This document shows positions 42,015-57,706 of a DNA stretch of 64,000 bases, in pieces. The notes below the pieces were generated by a model that was not told the origin of the DNA, made no database searches, and worked only from the letters and a program-made list of their open reading frames with translations. This stretch comes from Nitrospirota bacterium (GTDB lineage: Bacteria; Nitrospirota; Nitrospiria; Nitrospirales; NS-4), in assembly GCA_963788195.1 (NCBI GenBank), contig CAWBGA010000017.1:160001-224000 (forward strand). The letters run 5' to 3'. A program made the position numbers and the translations under genes. Position 1 is the first letter of the stretch, and each line of letters opens with the position of its first letter.

Positions 42015-42485
42015 TCACAAGACATACGATCTGTATGGGATGGGCATCCGTCCCTCATCCATGTCGATCAAATCGAAGACATCGAGTGCGCCGACGTCCA
42101 CCCTGGCCGCCAGCTCGGGATACAATTCCCTCCGGTACTGGATCCTCGCGGCATCCGGGCGATAGGACTCAATGCTCTCAGCCCAGCGCCGCTTATCATC
42201 TGAGGAATGAGGCTTTGCATGATCTTCGACCCATGCAAGCACCGACTCGTCCGACTCGCTCGCCAGAATGGCCCGCTTCAACTCTTCTCTGTCCTGGCCG
42301 GTGAAAGCTAAGAACTTCCTATCCAGCGTCATCGGACTCTCACTCAGCAAGTTTCGCTCATACACGGGTGGTAGTTGCCCTCTGGCCTGAAGCCGGACCT
42401 TCACGAGTAGCCTGGGCAAGATGACATACCCGCCCAGCTTCTCACGAGGCGAAGGAAGCAGTTGCATTGACAAATCCTTACTCAT
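42015..42485 (-). CDS. DUF5069-like protein
   Basis: PSPREKLGGYVILPRLLVKVR and FDLIDMDEGR. Start taken at MSKDLS. Confidence 0.7.
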   Translation of the reverse strand: MSKDLSMQLLPSPREKLGGYVILPRLLVKVRLQARGQLPPVYERNLLSESPMTLDRKFLAFTGQDREELKRAILASESDESVLAWVEDHAKPHSSDDKRRWAESIESYRPDAARIQYRRELYPELAARVDVGALDVFDLIDMDEGRMPIPYRSYVL

Positions 42486-42652
42486 CAGCCCCCCAAAGAA
42501 CCGAGTGACTTTTGGGAGCGGGTGGCGCCGAACAGGGGCCTCCGCCGCGCGTAAGCATCCTGGAATCGCAACCGACAGCAATTACGTGCTTAAGTAAAGT
42601 AAGGTTCATGCAAGTCTACCTACAGCTGCAGAGCGTGGCGGGGATGTTCGGT

Positions 42653-42874
42653 GACAGGACCCGCAACCTCTTGCATTTTCCCCTTCACCCTCACCCTCCC
42701 CTCTCCCTCCAGGGGGAGAGGGAAAAGAAGGACTTCCTTCGACAAGCTTAGGGCGAACATCTCAGCGGGTGGCGTCGACTGGGACCCTGGCGGAGCGCAG
42801 CGCGACTTGCTTGCGCATCGCGGAGCGCGAGCACGTCAGGGTGGGTTGACGACAGGACCCGCAATCTTTGCATT
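42653..42874. repeat. Cluster of REP-like palindromic elements bounded by a ~24-bp direct repeat
   Basis: ccctcaccctcccctctccc..gggagaggg (42688-42722), ccttcgacaagcttagggcgaac (42736-42758) and a long hairpin at 42765-42862. gacaggacccgcaa..ttgcatt occurs at 42653 and 42851. Confidence 0.65.
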
Positions 42875-44070
42875 ACGCTGCCGCTTCCTTCTTTCGCTTC
42901 TTCCCCGTCAGCGCCACGATCTTCTGCGCCGCCTCCCACAGATCCGTTGCGACGTCGACATTCAGGCCGGCTTCCGCCAGGAGTTTTCGGCCCTCCTCGG
43001 CGTTGGTGCCCTGCAGCCGCACGACCACCGGAATGGTGATCCCGACTTCTTTCGCCGCGTCGATGACGCCGTGCGCGATCCGCTCGCAGCGGACAATGCC
43101 GCCGAAGATGTTGATGAAGATTCCTTTGACCTTCTTGTCCTTGAGAAGAATCCGGAAGCCTGCCGCCACCGTTTCCTTGGTCGCGCCGCCGCCCACATCC
43201 AGAAAGTTGGCCGGCTCGCTCCCTGCCAGCTTAATCACGTCCATGGTGGCCATCGCCAGCCCCGCACCATTGACCATGCAACCGATGTTGCCGTCGAGCT
43301 TCACATAATTGAGATTGTTCTTGCCGGCTTCGATTTCCAGCGGCTCCTCTTCATTCAGATCGCGGAACGCTTGAATGTCCGCGTGTTTGAATAGGCTGTT
43401 ATCATCAAAGGATACCTTCCCGTCGAGCGCGATCAGCCGCTTATCATCGGTGATCACCAGAGGATTGATCTCGATCATCGCCGCGTTCTTCTCCATGAAC
43501 AACCGATAGAGATTGCCAAGCAGCGCGATAAAGGGCGTCACGATCGCCGGTTCAAGATTGGGCAAGCCGAGTTGAAAGGCCAGATTGCGGCCGTTATAAC
43601 CCTGGAATCCCACTGCAGGATCAATCGGCTCCGTGATCAGTTTTTCCGGCGTATGTGCCGCGACCTCTTCAATGTCCATGCCGCCTTCGGTGCTGGCGAT
43701 AAAGATCGGCCAGCCTGAATCTCGATCCACCAGCAGACTCACATACAGTTCCTTCGCAATGGCGGCGCCTTCCTCGATCAGCAGAGTCGCGAACCTTGCG
43801 GCCTTTGGGGCCGGTCTGGTGGGTAACTAGGGTTTTCCCGAGCAGCTCCTTGGCAAGGCCGGGCACGTCGGCGCGATTCTTAGTCAGCTTTACGCCGCCC
43901 GCTTTCCCTCGGCCGCCTGCGTGGATCTGGGCTTTCACCACAAATACGGGAGTCTCCAGTTTTGCTGCCCATCTTTCGGCTGCGCCGGCAGTTTTGACTT
44001 CTTTCCCCTTGGGCACGGGAATCCCGAAGCTCGCGAACATCTGTTTTGCCTGAAATTCATGAATATTCAT
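42873..44070 (-). CDS. sucC: Succinyl-CoA synthetase beta subunit (indel near 43790)
   Basis: [36 protein letters not shown] and [10 protein letters not shown]. Confidence 0.95.
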
Positions 44071-44085
44071 GAACGCTCCTTCACT

Positions 44086-44127
44086 GTCTTGTCATGAGAC
44101 CCTTCGCTATGCTCAGGGTGACAAGAC
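44086..44127. repeat. REP-like element
   Basis: gtcttgtca..gagacccttcgctatgctcagggtgacaagac; reverse-complement relative at 46490-46517. Confidence 0.7.
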
Positions 44128-44134
44128 TTCCCTC

Positions 44135-45718
44135 TTAGGTCTCTTTTCGCGTGTAATCCGGAAATAACATGGGCGAGGTGACAGATGCGGATCCGCGTTT
44201 TTTCTTGGCTTCTGCCCTAAAGCCGGGCAAATGATCCAGCGTGAGCCGACCGTGGGGCATCGAGGCGGCGCGCGCGGCCGCTTCGGTGCCTGAACGCTTC
44301 CCGAAGACCATTAAATCCAAGAGTGAGTTGCCCATGAGACGGTTCCGTCCGTGCAACCCGCCGGACGCTTCCCCGGCAACAAAAAGGTTCTTCACGCCCG
44401 ATTCTCCGTTGACATCAATTCGGATGCCCCCGTTCTGATAGTGCAGCGTCGGATAGATCAAGACCGGATCTTTCGTGATATCGAGCCCGTAGCGCTTGTA
44501 CTGCCGCACCATAGCGGGGAAATGTTTTTCCAAGGTTCCCGCGCCATGTTCCACGTCCAGTAGCGGCGTATCAAGCCACACTCCCAAATGGCCCGTCGCC
44601 GTCCTCACGCCGCGGCCTTCCTCGCATTCCCGAATAATCGAAGACGATACAACATCGCGGGTATCGAGCTCATTGACGAACCGATCGCCTTTAGCATTGA
44701 CGAGATGGCCGCCTTCGGACCGGATGCCTTCCGTCACCAACGCGCCGAGCAGCTGTTCAGGATACACGGCTCCGGTGGGATGATACTGGAAGGTGTCGAT
44801 CTGCAGCAGCTTGGCGCCGAGCCGGTACGCGAGCGACAGGCCGTCGCCGGTTGCCCCGTAGTGGTTACTGGTCGGGAAGCCTTGGATATGCAAGCGTCCG
44901 ATGCCGCCCGTCGCCAGAATGACCGTCTTCGCTGCAACAGTAAAAAGGCGGTTGTTATCCAGATCCCGGAACACTGCGCCGGTGCAGGTTCCGTGGCCGT
45001 CGCTGAGCAATTCAACGGCCGCGCTGAACTCAAGTAACTGGATCTTTTGGTTGAGGACCTCGTCTTTTAAAACCCGCATGAGCTCAAGCCCGGTATAGTC
45101 CGAACAGGTCAACAGTCTGGGACGGGAGCTCCCGCCGCCTTTTTTCACATGCAGGTTGCCATCGGCATCCCGGTCAAACAGGACGCCCAGGCCGAGCAAC
45201 CATCGCGCAATCGAAGGACCCTCTTCCACCATGACCTTCAAGAGATCATGGTCGTTCTTCATGTGGCCGCCCTTCAGCGTATCGAGAAAATGCTGAACCG
45301 GAGAGTCCTCGTCGGCGATGGCGATCTGCATCCCTCCCTGCGCCATGACGGTGTTGGAATCGCCGAGCCGTAGCTTGGTGGCAAGCATAACCTGTGCGCC
45401 GCCCGCATTGGCATGGAGCGCCGCGGAGCACCCGGCTCCCCCGCCGCCGATCACCAGCACATCCACGGAATGAGCCGGGGTAAGCACGAGGTCCTCGGGG
45501 ACCGGGCTGTCGCCTTCGAGCAGGGAGGCGAGCTCCCGCACAGTCATGTCTCCAGCATTGGGGCCGAAATTGATCGGGCGGTAGGCGCTCTCCCGAAAAT
45601 CAGGGTGGTACTTTTTGATCAGGGTGTCGCGTTCGTTGGGAGGGTACTTTGGGAGCGTGACCGTCCGGCGCTTGTCGCGGGACTGATGCACGACATCCTG
45701 GAGGGCTTCCACCTGCAT
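44135..45718 (-). CDS. frdA: Soluble fumarate reductase flavoprotein subunit
   Basis: GGGGAG, SNTVMAQGG, QYHPTG, TEGIRSEG, HYQNGG and HGRNRLMGNSL; rTCA context. Confidence 0.85.
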   Translation of the reverse strand: MQVEALQDVVHQSRDKRRTVTLPKYPPNERDTLIKKYHPDFRESAYRPINFGPNAGDMTVRELASLLEGDSPVPEDLVLTPAHSVDVLVIGGGGAGCSAALHANAGGAQVMLATKLRLGDSNTVMAQGGMQIAIADEDSPVQHFLDTLKGGHMKNDHDLLKVMVEEGPSIARWLLGLGVLFDRDADGNLHVKKGGGSSRPRLLTCSDYTGLELMRVLKDEVLNQKIQLLEFSAAVELLSDGHGTCTGAVFRDLDNNRLFTVAAKTVILATGGIGRLHIQGFPTSNHYGATGDGLSLAYRLGAKLLQIDTFQYHPTGAVYPEQLLGALVTEGIRSEGGHLVNAKGDRFVNELDTRDVVSSSIIRECEEGRGVRTATGHLGVWLDTPLLDVEHGAGTLEKHFPAMVRQYKRYGLDITKDPVLIYPTLHYQNGGIRIDVNGESGVKNLFVAGEASGGLHGRNRLMGNSLLDLMVFGKRSGTEAAARAASMPHGRLTLDHLPGFRAEAKKKRGSASVTSPMLFPDYTRKET

Positions 45719-46443
45719 TAGGTAATCGCGGCGCAGGCTTCCTTGAGTTGTTTTTCATCCATGTTCAGGATCTTATCCCACTCGGACGTGTACCGCCCCT
45801 GCTCGATTTCGTCGATCCGCGATTGGAGCTTCGGCGGCTTCTCGTTGAAATGCACCCCTTGAGCGCGGCTGGCATACAGCGCTACAAGATTCGGGGCGAT
45901 GTCGGCGATACAGACCGGCGTGCAGAGCCCGCACATGACGCAATCCATAAACATTTCGGACACCGACTTGAAGTCTCCGAAGACCGCCTTCCACACGCCG
46001 TCCCGTACGTCGATGCCTTGGGGACAGGCCTCGGTGCACGCGTTGCAATTGCGACACATCGGCGCTTCTGGATACAGATTGAAGAGATCCTGCTTGGGGT
46101 CCTTCAGCTCGGCCATCTGATAGGTCGCTTTGCGCGCCGGAAACGGCGCCACCATCGAGAAGGACATCCCGTCCTCGACCGCCATGGAGCAGGCCAGGCA
46201 CGTGCGGACCTTGGGATCATCCTTCGTCCGATAATACGTCGCGCAGGCCCCGCAGTAACCACCCAAGCAGCCAATGCCCCGGTAGACTTCCTGGCCGCTA
46301 TACCAAAGGGCTTTGATCACGGTGATGCCCTCCGGCACTTCGTACTTCTTGCCGGCGATCTCGACCGTCACCATCTTCGGCCGCAGGACATCTTCCTGAT
46401 CGAGCAGAACGTTCTTATCGAATTCCTTGCCTGTATCCATCAA
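45718..46443 (-). CDS. frdB: Fumarate reductase iron-sulfur subunit
   Basis: 2Fe-2S motif GCLGGYCGAC...C plus CRNCNACTEACP and CVMCGLCTPVC. Confidence 0.82.
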   Translation of the reverse strand: MMDTGKEFDKNVLLDQEDVLRPKMVTVEIAGKKYEVPEGITVIKALWYSGQEVYRGIGCLGGYCGACATYYRTKDDPKVRTCLACSMAVEDGMSFSMVAPFPARKATYQMAELKDPKQDLFNLYPEAPMCRNCNACTEACPQGIDVRDGVWKAVFGDFKSVSEMFMDCVMCGLCTPVCIADIAPNLVALYASRAQGVHFNEKPPKLQSRIDEIEQGRYTSEWDKILNMDEKQLKEACAAIT

Positions 46444-46489
46444 CCTTTTCCCTAGCGCACTGAGAGACTCATTATTCTGAACGCCGCCC

Positions 46490-46517
46490 TGTCACCCTGA
46501 ACGAAGTGAAGGGTCTC
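46490..46517. repeat. REP-like element (inverted relative of 44096-44123)
   Basis: tgtcaccctgaacgaagtgaagggtctc. Confidence 0.7.
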
Positions 46518-46572
46518 ATTCACTGCGCGAGATCTTGCTTTCGGACTCTGCGCAGTTGGGCAGACCGTTCTA

Positions 46573-51076
<4,504 letters not shown>

Positions 51077-51112
51077 AGACTCTCGCTCCTTCTTCTTCTA
51101 CTCTATCGCCGC

Positions 51113-52940
51113 CTATTTCAAAGGCGGCACTTCTCTGTCGCTTTGGGACGGCGTAGTTCACCAGATAATCAAAGAGCCGGATCAAGCGGCTCTCCTGGCG
51201 TTTTTGGTCCGCCCAGTGCCCGATTAATCCGATCGTGCGAGAGAGGATAAAAAATCCGTTCAGGCTGTCGACGGGAAAACCGATGTCCACCAGGACCGCC
51301 GCCATCGTCCCGTCCACGTTGAGAATCAAATTCTCTTTTTTCGCCGACGTCACTTTCTCAACCGCCAAAGCGAAGTCAAGATGCGGGGTCGGGCGCCCGA
51401 TTCCCTTGACATAGGAGACCAGCTCCTTCACGCGTTTATCCGGATTTCGGAGGCTCTTGACCCGATGGCCGATCCCAGGCACGGGGCCGACGTTCTTTTT
51501 CATGTAGCCCAGGAAGTCGTCCACCGACATGTTGTTGTCCACGGCATGCTTGAACCAACGCCCCGCATCCGTCACGGCCCCACCGAAGCGGGGCCCGATC
51601 ATGATCAATCCTGCGGCGACGGACTGCGACATTCCGATCCCGGCACAGGCCGCAATGATTGTTCCCAACGCCCCGCTCACGCAGGGACCATGGTCCGCCG
51701 ACAGCATGATGATCCGCTTGATAATTTCCGCATCTTGTTGCGAGATCAGCCGCTTGTCCCAGAGCAGGCCAATGACATGGGGAATCTCATAACCTTTGTT
51801 GATCAACTCCGAGGCCGGATACCCATCGTACAGCGGCTCGTCGCCGCGATCATCGCTGATCGTGGTCTTGACCAGCGGCGCCACCATGACTTCGCCGGAT
51901 TTCATACTCTCTTCAACCGGCTTCGGAAGACGTGGCAGGTCCTCGGGCCGCAGGTCTGGGATCGGCTGTACCTGGCCGTTTTTCACGAACTCTTCGTACA
52001 CCGACTTGATCGCCGGCCCCAGCGCGCCGAAGGTTTCCGGAACAATCGCGCCGGCTTTCTTAAAGGCGTCGGCCTTGGACCGCGCCGATCCCTCGCCCTT
52101 CAACCCTTCTTTAGCCCCGGCGTGGCCGAACTTCATCCCCTTAGGCAGGCTCTCCTGACAAAAGCCGGAGACGACCGCCAGCAGCTTGATCCGTCGACGC
52201 TGCGCGCCGAACCACTCAGCAGCGCGCTCTTCGAGATCGCCGCCCATCTCGCCGACAATGACGACCGCCTTGGTCGCGGGTCCTGCTCAAACTTTTCCAG
52301 ATACGCCACATAATCGGTGCCCGGATAGGCGTCGCCGCCGATGCCGATCGCGGTGGTAATGCCGTTCGGCGAACTGGGAACAGATCCAGATAATCTCATT
52401 GGAGAGGCCGCCGGATTTCGTGATAACGCCGAAGGACCCTTCGCGAAAGAGTTTACAGGCGACGAGGTTATCGAAGGCGCCGCCGATCACTCCCAAGCGG
52501 CAGGCGCCCGCAGAGATAATGCCGATGGAAGACGGGCCGTTAAAGGTCTTGCCTAACTTCACGGCGTGCCGGCCAGCAGCTTGGCGTCCCGCTCAGGGAC
52601 GCCCTCGGTAATCATCGAGACGAGCTGTATCTTGGGATCGTTCAGCGCTTCCATGCCGGCTGCGCAGGCACGGTCAGCACCGATATATACTAAACTGGTA
52701 TTGATGCTGGGACGGCTTGCCGTGGCTTCGCCCACACTCTTGTAGACCGGCACGGTGACAAGCCCGTTCCCGTAAGGGACCTCGTTGAGCTTGCCGGCAT
52801 CGGGGGGATAGACAAACGCCTCCACATTAAGATGGCCGCTTGATCATGTAGCAGAATTCGGCCATCCGGCGGGCAGCGTTCAAGCCAGCCGCGCCGCCCT
52901 GAATGACAATCCGCGTGTCCTGGTTCGCCAATATGCTCAT
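51113..52940 (-). CDS. aclA: ATP citrate lyase alpha subunit (several indels)
   Basis: MSILANQDTRIVIQGG, TKSGGLSNE, FGHAGAK, ADHGPCVSGA, IGPRFGGA, GIGHRVKS and NLILNVDG. Confidence 0.93.
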
Positions 52941-52968
52941 CGGGATCTCCCTTGGCTGTCTACCGGTG

Positions 52969-54169
52969 TTAGTGGGCCTGAAGCGCCTTGTCGACGATGT
53001 CGGTAAGCGGGAGTATGGCGGTCGAATACGTGGACGTCGAAGCCTTCTTCTCGGAGCGCCCGCATGGCATCGAGTCCCTCTTTTTCGCGAGGACCGCCGC
53101 GCCGGACCCAGATTTTCACGCCGTTGAGTTTGCCTTCGGCTTTGGCCTTGCGAAACCCGGCGATGATGCCGCCGAACGTTTTTTTGACGTCGGTGAAGTT
53201 CGCGATCGCCCCCCCGACGATGATGTTCTTGATCCCGGGCAACGAACAGACCTTCTCCGTTAGCACCTCAACCGCCCAGTCCGGGGGATCACCCGAATAC
53301 TCAGCGTAATTGGCAAGCTTGCCACCCCGCGCCACCACCGCATCCGAATAATAGACACTTGCGCCACCCCCGGCCGGCAGCATGGCGGTATCGCCGCCCG
53401 GAATTTCGATAAACTTCACTGATCCTTTGATTTTCGAGTCCACCGCCATGACGGCCAGTTCATTCTGTGTATAGGCTCGACCGAATTCGGCGGCGAAAGG
53501 AAAATTCCAATCGGCATGACGGAACTTGGCATCGGCGTCGAGCAGCGTGACCGCATCAAGCGCGATGAGCTCCCCATCGCTTTGACGAATCACCACAGGG
53601 TTCACTTCGAGATATTGCGCATCTTCATTATCGAAACAGGTGAATAGTTTCCCTGCGAAATCGGCGACTTTTTCGGCCGTCGGGCCTGAGAAACCGGCTT
53701 CCTTCGCTAACTTCAATAAATCGTCCGGGGATGGCGTCTGCCCGACTTCCACTGCCAGATTCTTGACTCGATCCCAGTTGGCTTCTACCTCGATGCCGCC
53801 GCAATTCGCAACGAGTACCTCGGCGCCGTCCCGGGTGGATTTCACGGCCGCATAATACTCCTCTTGATGCGGGACCATCTCAGACACAATGACTTGAGAC
53901 ACGGTGATGCTGCCTACTTGCTTGCCCAGCATTTCTTTCGCTGCCGCTTGAGCGCCCCGTAAGTCGAGATCTACTTTTACCAGGCCAAGCTTGAACCGCG
54001 AGCCCATAGCCTCGTGCGCCTTGACCACTAACTTGGTCTTGCTCAACCAGTCATCGGCGTCGGCCCGCGTCTTGAGTTCATCGACGGAAGAGATCACCAT
54101 ATAATGAGGAACCTGGATTCCCCATTTTTTCATGAGCCCCATCCCGGGGCCTTCAAGGACTTTGGCCAC
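52969..54169 (-). CDS. aclB: ATP citrate lyase beta subunit (indel near 53010)
   Basis: AGGGASVYYSD, ANYAEYSGDP, GGAIANFTDV and VRRGGP; corrected end TDIVDKALQAH*. Confidence 0.93.
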
Positions 54170-54212
54170 GACGTGCTCCTTAGATATTGAATCGGCAGGT
54201 GAAAACGCGCGA

Positions 54213-54242
54213 AGTGTAGCTCAAAAACCTGCAGGACTGCAA
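54213..54242 (-). promoter_or_regulatory. Putative sigma70 promoter for the aclB operon
   Basis: TTGCAG-18 nt-TACACT on the minus strand. Confidence 0.35.
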
Positions 54243-54336
54243 TTCCCCAAACGACCTAAAACTACTGAGAAAAAGCCCCATTCATCATAAATACAGGGGT
54301 TTATGTCATAAATGCTTGAGTTTGCAATCTTTTTTG

Positions 54337-55224
54337 CTAAGGTGGGGCCTTTTTTCCCGCGATCGGCCGCGGCTTTCCAATCTTTAGCCGAGATGGTCTC
54401 TTCTCAGCGGGCTGGCACGATACACAAACAAAAGAGCTGCGCTCTGCTTTAATCCTTCGGATAGCGCGCCCGCACGCGGGACACGGCTGCCCGGTTTTAT
54501 TGTAGACCAAATGGCGTTTGCGATATTCGCCCTTTGTCCCATCCGGTGCCAGAAAATCCCGCACGCTCGAGCCGCCATCGATAATTGCCTGATTGAGAAC
54601 GCATCGCATCATGTCGAAGAGTCTCCGTACGGTCCTTGTCGCTAAGCTGCCAGCGATCCGGTCAGGATGGAGCCGGGAGCGAAAGAGAATTTCATTTGCG
54701 TAGATATTGCCAATACCGGCAATGACTTGCTGGTGCATGAGGAGTGCTTTCAGCCGGCCCCGCCGTGATCCGATCAGATCCCGAAACTCGGGCCATGTGA
54801 CTCGCAAGGGATCGTAACCGAACCGACGGGCCTCAAAACGCTCGATCCCGGTCTGGTCGAGGAGATACACGCGACCAAAACGACGCGGATTCCAATAGTG
54901 CAGGGACGGAACCGGCCCTGAGAAGGTCAGAGCGACATGAATATGTTTACGATAGGTTGGATCAGGCACTGTAAAGAACAACAGGCCCGTCATTCCCAGT
55001 TCGAAGAGCAGGAACCGAGTCTCTGATTGCTTCTTAGCATGCAGCAGGACACTCTTGCCCAAACGCGAGGCATGAACCACCCGGGCGCCCCGATACCAGG
55101 CCAGAGATGATAACCCCTCTCTGACTATGTCCTCGCGTCCCACCCACGAATCTAAAATTACCGATCCTCGAAGCCGCTCTCGCAGTTGGTGGGCTACGGT
55201 CTCCGCTTCCGGTAATTCAGGCAT
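54337..55224 (-). CDS. mutM: Formamidopyrimidine-DNA glycosylase (Fpg/Nei family)
   Basis: MPELPE, LGMTG, AGIGNIYANE and C-terminal CPAC...CVSCQ zinc finger. Confidence 0.93.
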   Translation of the reverse strand: MPELPEAETVAHQLRERLRGSVILDSWVGREDIVREGLSSLAWYRGARVVHASRLGKSVLLHAKKQSETRFLLFELGMTGLLFFTVPDPTYRKHIHVALTFSGPVPSLHYWNPRRFGRVYLLDQTGIERFEARRFGYDPLRVTWPEFRDLIGSRRGRLKALLMHQQVIAGIGNIYANEILFRSRLHPDRIAGSLATRTVRRLFDMMRCVLNQAIIDGGSSVRDFLAPDGTKGEYRKRHLVYNKTGQPCPACGRAIRRIKAERSSFVCVSCQPAEKRPSRLKIGKPRPIAGKKAPP

Positions 55225-55645
55225 TCAGACTATCCAACCTTTTCTGCCGAAGATCTCGCACAAAGCGGATCGTAGCCTCAAGCTCCGGAAGCGGCAACGC
55301 CCCGGGCCGTTGTGCAGTAACCAACGCGACGGCTTTTGAGTAAGGCAAGCCTTCAACAAGACAGAGATAGGCGATCGCGACCGATGCCGAACGCCCGATG
55401 CCGGCTCGACAGCAAATCAGCAGACGGTTGCCCTTTTCGTGCTGTTCCAGCCAGGATACAGCCTCATCCAACTGAAGTGGATCGGCCGCGGCGTACTCGG
55501 CAAAAGGGATCCAGTGGTAGGTGCGTCCCTTGGGCGGAAGGACCGTGGTCTCCGAGGCAACATTCAAAATTGCCGACATCAACCAATGAGGATTCGCGGC
55601 GTCGGCTGAGTCTCCTACCGCCAGACGGTCTGTGATCAGATGCAT
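55217..55645 (-). CDS. Dual-specificity protein phosphatase family protein
   Basis: CX5R loop CCRAGIGRS. Confidence 0.85.
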   Translation of the reverse strand: MHLITDRLAVGDSADAANPHWLMSAILNVASETTVLPPKGRTYHWIPFAEYAAADPLQLDEAVSWLEQHEKGNRLLICCRAGIGRSASVAIAYLCLVEGLPYSKAVALVTAQRPGALPLPELEATIRFVRDLRQKRLDSLNA

Positions 55646-55778
55646 ATATCTATGAGGAGATCCCGTAACGAGCAAATTCTAGTATAGCCTTGGGGCCTGT
55701 CGTCCAACAACAGAGATTGCACAACCTCCGCATCTGATTTACACTACTGGACGCGGAGCAGTTCCTAGAGAGGCACGA

Positions 55779-56138
55779 ATGGCAATGGACTTTGACTCGG
55801 TCGAACAGCGTCTGAAAGATATGGCGTGTCCGGTGTGCAAGACCTCTCATGACTTTATGATCCCTCGCGATTCACGCATCATCGATGGCGAATATAAGGC
55901 GTTCTGCAAAGGGTGCCGGTATAGCATGCCGATCCACATGGACATGGAGAGCTATCTTCGAAGCCAGCCGGATGTGACCTTCTGGGTGAACGGCATGCGG
56001 TGTCCGACTTGCCTGAAGACCGGGGGCACCCTCGACTTCTGGGTGCAGCCCTCGGTGCGGAACGCCGTCTACTTCATCACGTGCGCCGCTTGCAAGAAGC
56101 CTTTTTCAGAGAAATCTTCCTTGGAGGCGTTCGAATAG
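55779..56138 (+). CDS. Double zinc-ribbon protein (four CxxC motifs)
   Basis: CPVC, CKGC, CPTC and CAAC; RBS-like AGAGG upstream. Confidence 0.75.
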   Translation: MAMDFDSVEQRLKDMACPVCKTSHDFMIPRDSRIIDGEYKAFCKGCRYSMPIHMDMESYLRSQPDVTFWVNGMRCPTCLKTGGTLDFWVQPSVRNAVYFITCAACKKPFSEKSSLEAFE

Positions 56139-57301
56139 TCAACTCTTCCCTGTCACCGGCCGAATCACGTCGGCCTTCGCGGTTTTCCGGATACGCCCTA
56201 CGCTGCCTCGCCGATCAATCTCGGTCACTCGCACAATCGCGCCGCGCTCCCAGCGAATCAAAGCCTGCGTTGAGCTCAGAACGTTCCTTGTCGAGTCGCC
56301 CGACAATCTGCCGCCCCATCTCATTGCACAGCCAGACGCGTTGCTCCCCCTTCATGACCATCCGCTCGCTCACGACGCGGTAGTCAGTCAGGGCTCGATC
56401 TACTATGGTCAGGCCATCCTTGCGCAACACGATATAAGAGAATTTTAAGGCGTCTTTTATGAAGCCGACCGCCCGATCAATGTCCTCGATCATCGCAGGC
56501 GCCTGCCATGGCCGCTCTTCGTGGCACCAGTCGCTTCGACGCAGGAGCGCAGGGCAGCCTTGGTCGTGAAGGCACGGGACTATACACGTGTGCTGTCCCT
56601 TGCGTGATCAGCCGGTCGCGGACTTCGTGCAAGGCCCGACTCGTCTCGCGAAGCGCGGGTTCAATCACGATCAGTGACCCGTCGGCCGCAAGGCACTCCA
56701 ACAGTTGCGCCAACAGTCTTGTGCGCGCGTCGATGGGATCCGGCGACGACAAAAAAAGCTCATTCAGGCTGTTGACCATCATGATCAGGTCAAATTTCTC
56801 GCGCTTCCATGAAGCGCTCGTTCCCCGGCGCTCCACGTCGAGACGCGCGACATGCAGAACCGGCAGGTTTGATGAAATCCCACTCTCGACGAGCTTCCGC
56901 CACACTGATTCGGCGTCGCGTAAAATTTCTGGATTCCGATCGACACTGAGCACCTCGGTCCCGGCGTGTTTTGTTCCCTGCTCGCCAGAAAAGTAGTGAA
57001 ACAGCGCAAGCCCGCCAACTCCAGGACCGCAACCGAGGTCTAGAACCCGAAGGGGGCGCGGGGGCGGAACAGGGATTTCTGTCAAGACGCTGTAAGTTTT
57101 TGCGATGTTCACGGGCGCGAAATATGTTAGATAGGCTCTTCGGAGCGCCGGTTCTGACAAATAATCGACGCCTATTCTCTTGCGCCCGACGGTGAACAGT
57201 TCCGAAAGGCTGCGCACACCCTTCAACAGCGCGGAATCGATTGCTTCGCCCCGCGTCTGCAGCGCCTGAATTACTGCGTGGTCAAGAACCACCTGTGTCA
57301 T
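56139..57301 (-). CDS. Rsm22-family SAM-dependent methyltransferase (indels near 56220-56250 and 56560)
   Basis: AYLTYF, LDLGCGPG and VIEPA. The shifted frames give DWCHEERPW and LKFSYIVLRK. Confidence 0.8.
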
Positions 57302-57388
57302 GCAGCATCCCCGAGGTCGATTGACCGATTGCTCACCCGTACTGTACAGTCCTGACGGCCATGTGATAATAAACACCGAGGGTATTTA

Positions 57389-57628
57389 ATGACGCCTGCG
57401 ATTAAGGAAGCTTACATTAATATTGAACGTGCCATGTATGAGTTTAATACCCTCCTAGAAAACCAAGTCGAAACCATGCGCAAATCCGAAGCATCGGATC
57501 CCGAGAAGCTGAGTCGTCTTACCCAAGGGGCTAAAGCAATGCGCGATAGCAGCGCGATCTTTCTAAGTTATGCCAAGTTTGTCGCCTACGGCATGCCGGA
57601 CAGCGAGGAGATGATCGAGGAAGAATAG
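57389..57628 (+). CDS. Small helical hypothetical protein
   Basis: 79-aa ORF with GAGGG RBS, acidic C-terminus and a downstream terminator. Confidence 0.7.
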   Translation: MTPAIKEAYINIERAMYEFNTLLENQVETMRKSEASDPEKLSRLTQGAKAMRDSSAIFLSYAKFVAYGMPDSEEMIEEE

Positions 57629-57650
57629 CCTTGCACCTGCCCTGAAGTAA

Positions 57651-57683
57651 AAAAGGCCGCCCGGAAATCCCGGGCGGCCTTTT
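57651..57683. terminator. Bidirectional rho-independent terminator
   Basis: aaaaggccgcccgg-aaatc-ccgggcggcctttt between convergent genes. Confidence 0.88.
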
Positions 57684-57706
57684 CGTCTCATTCATCTCGC
57701 CGCGTG

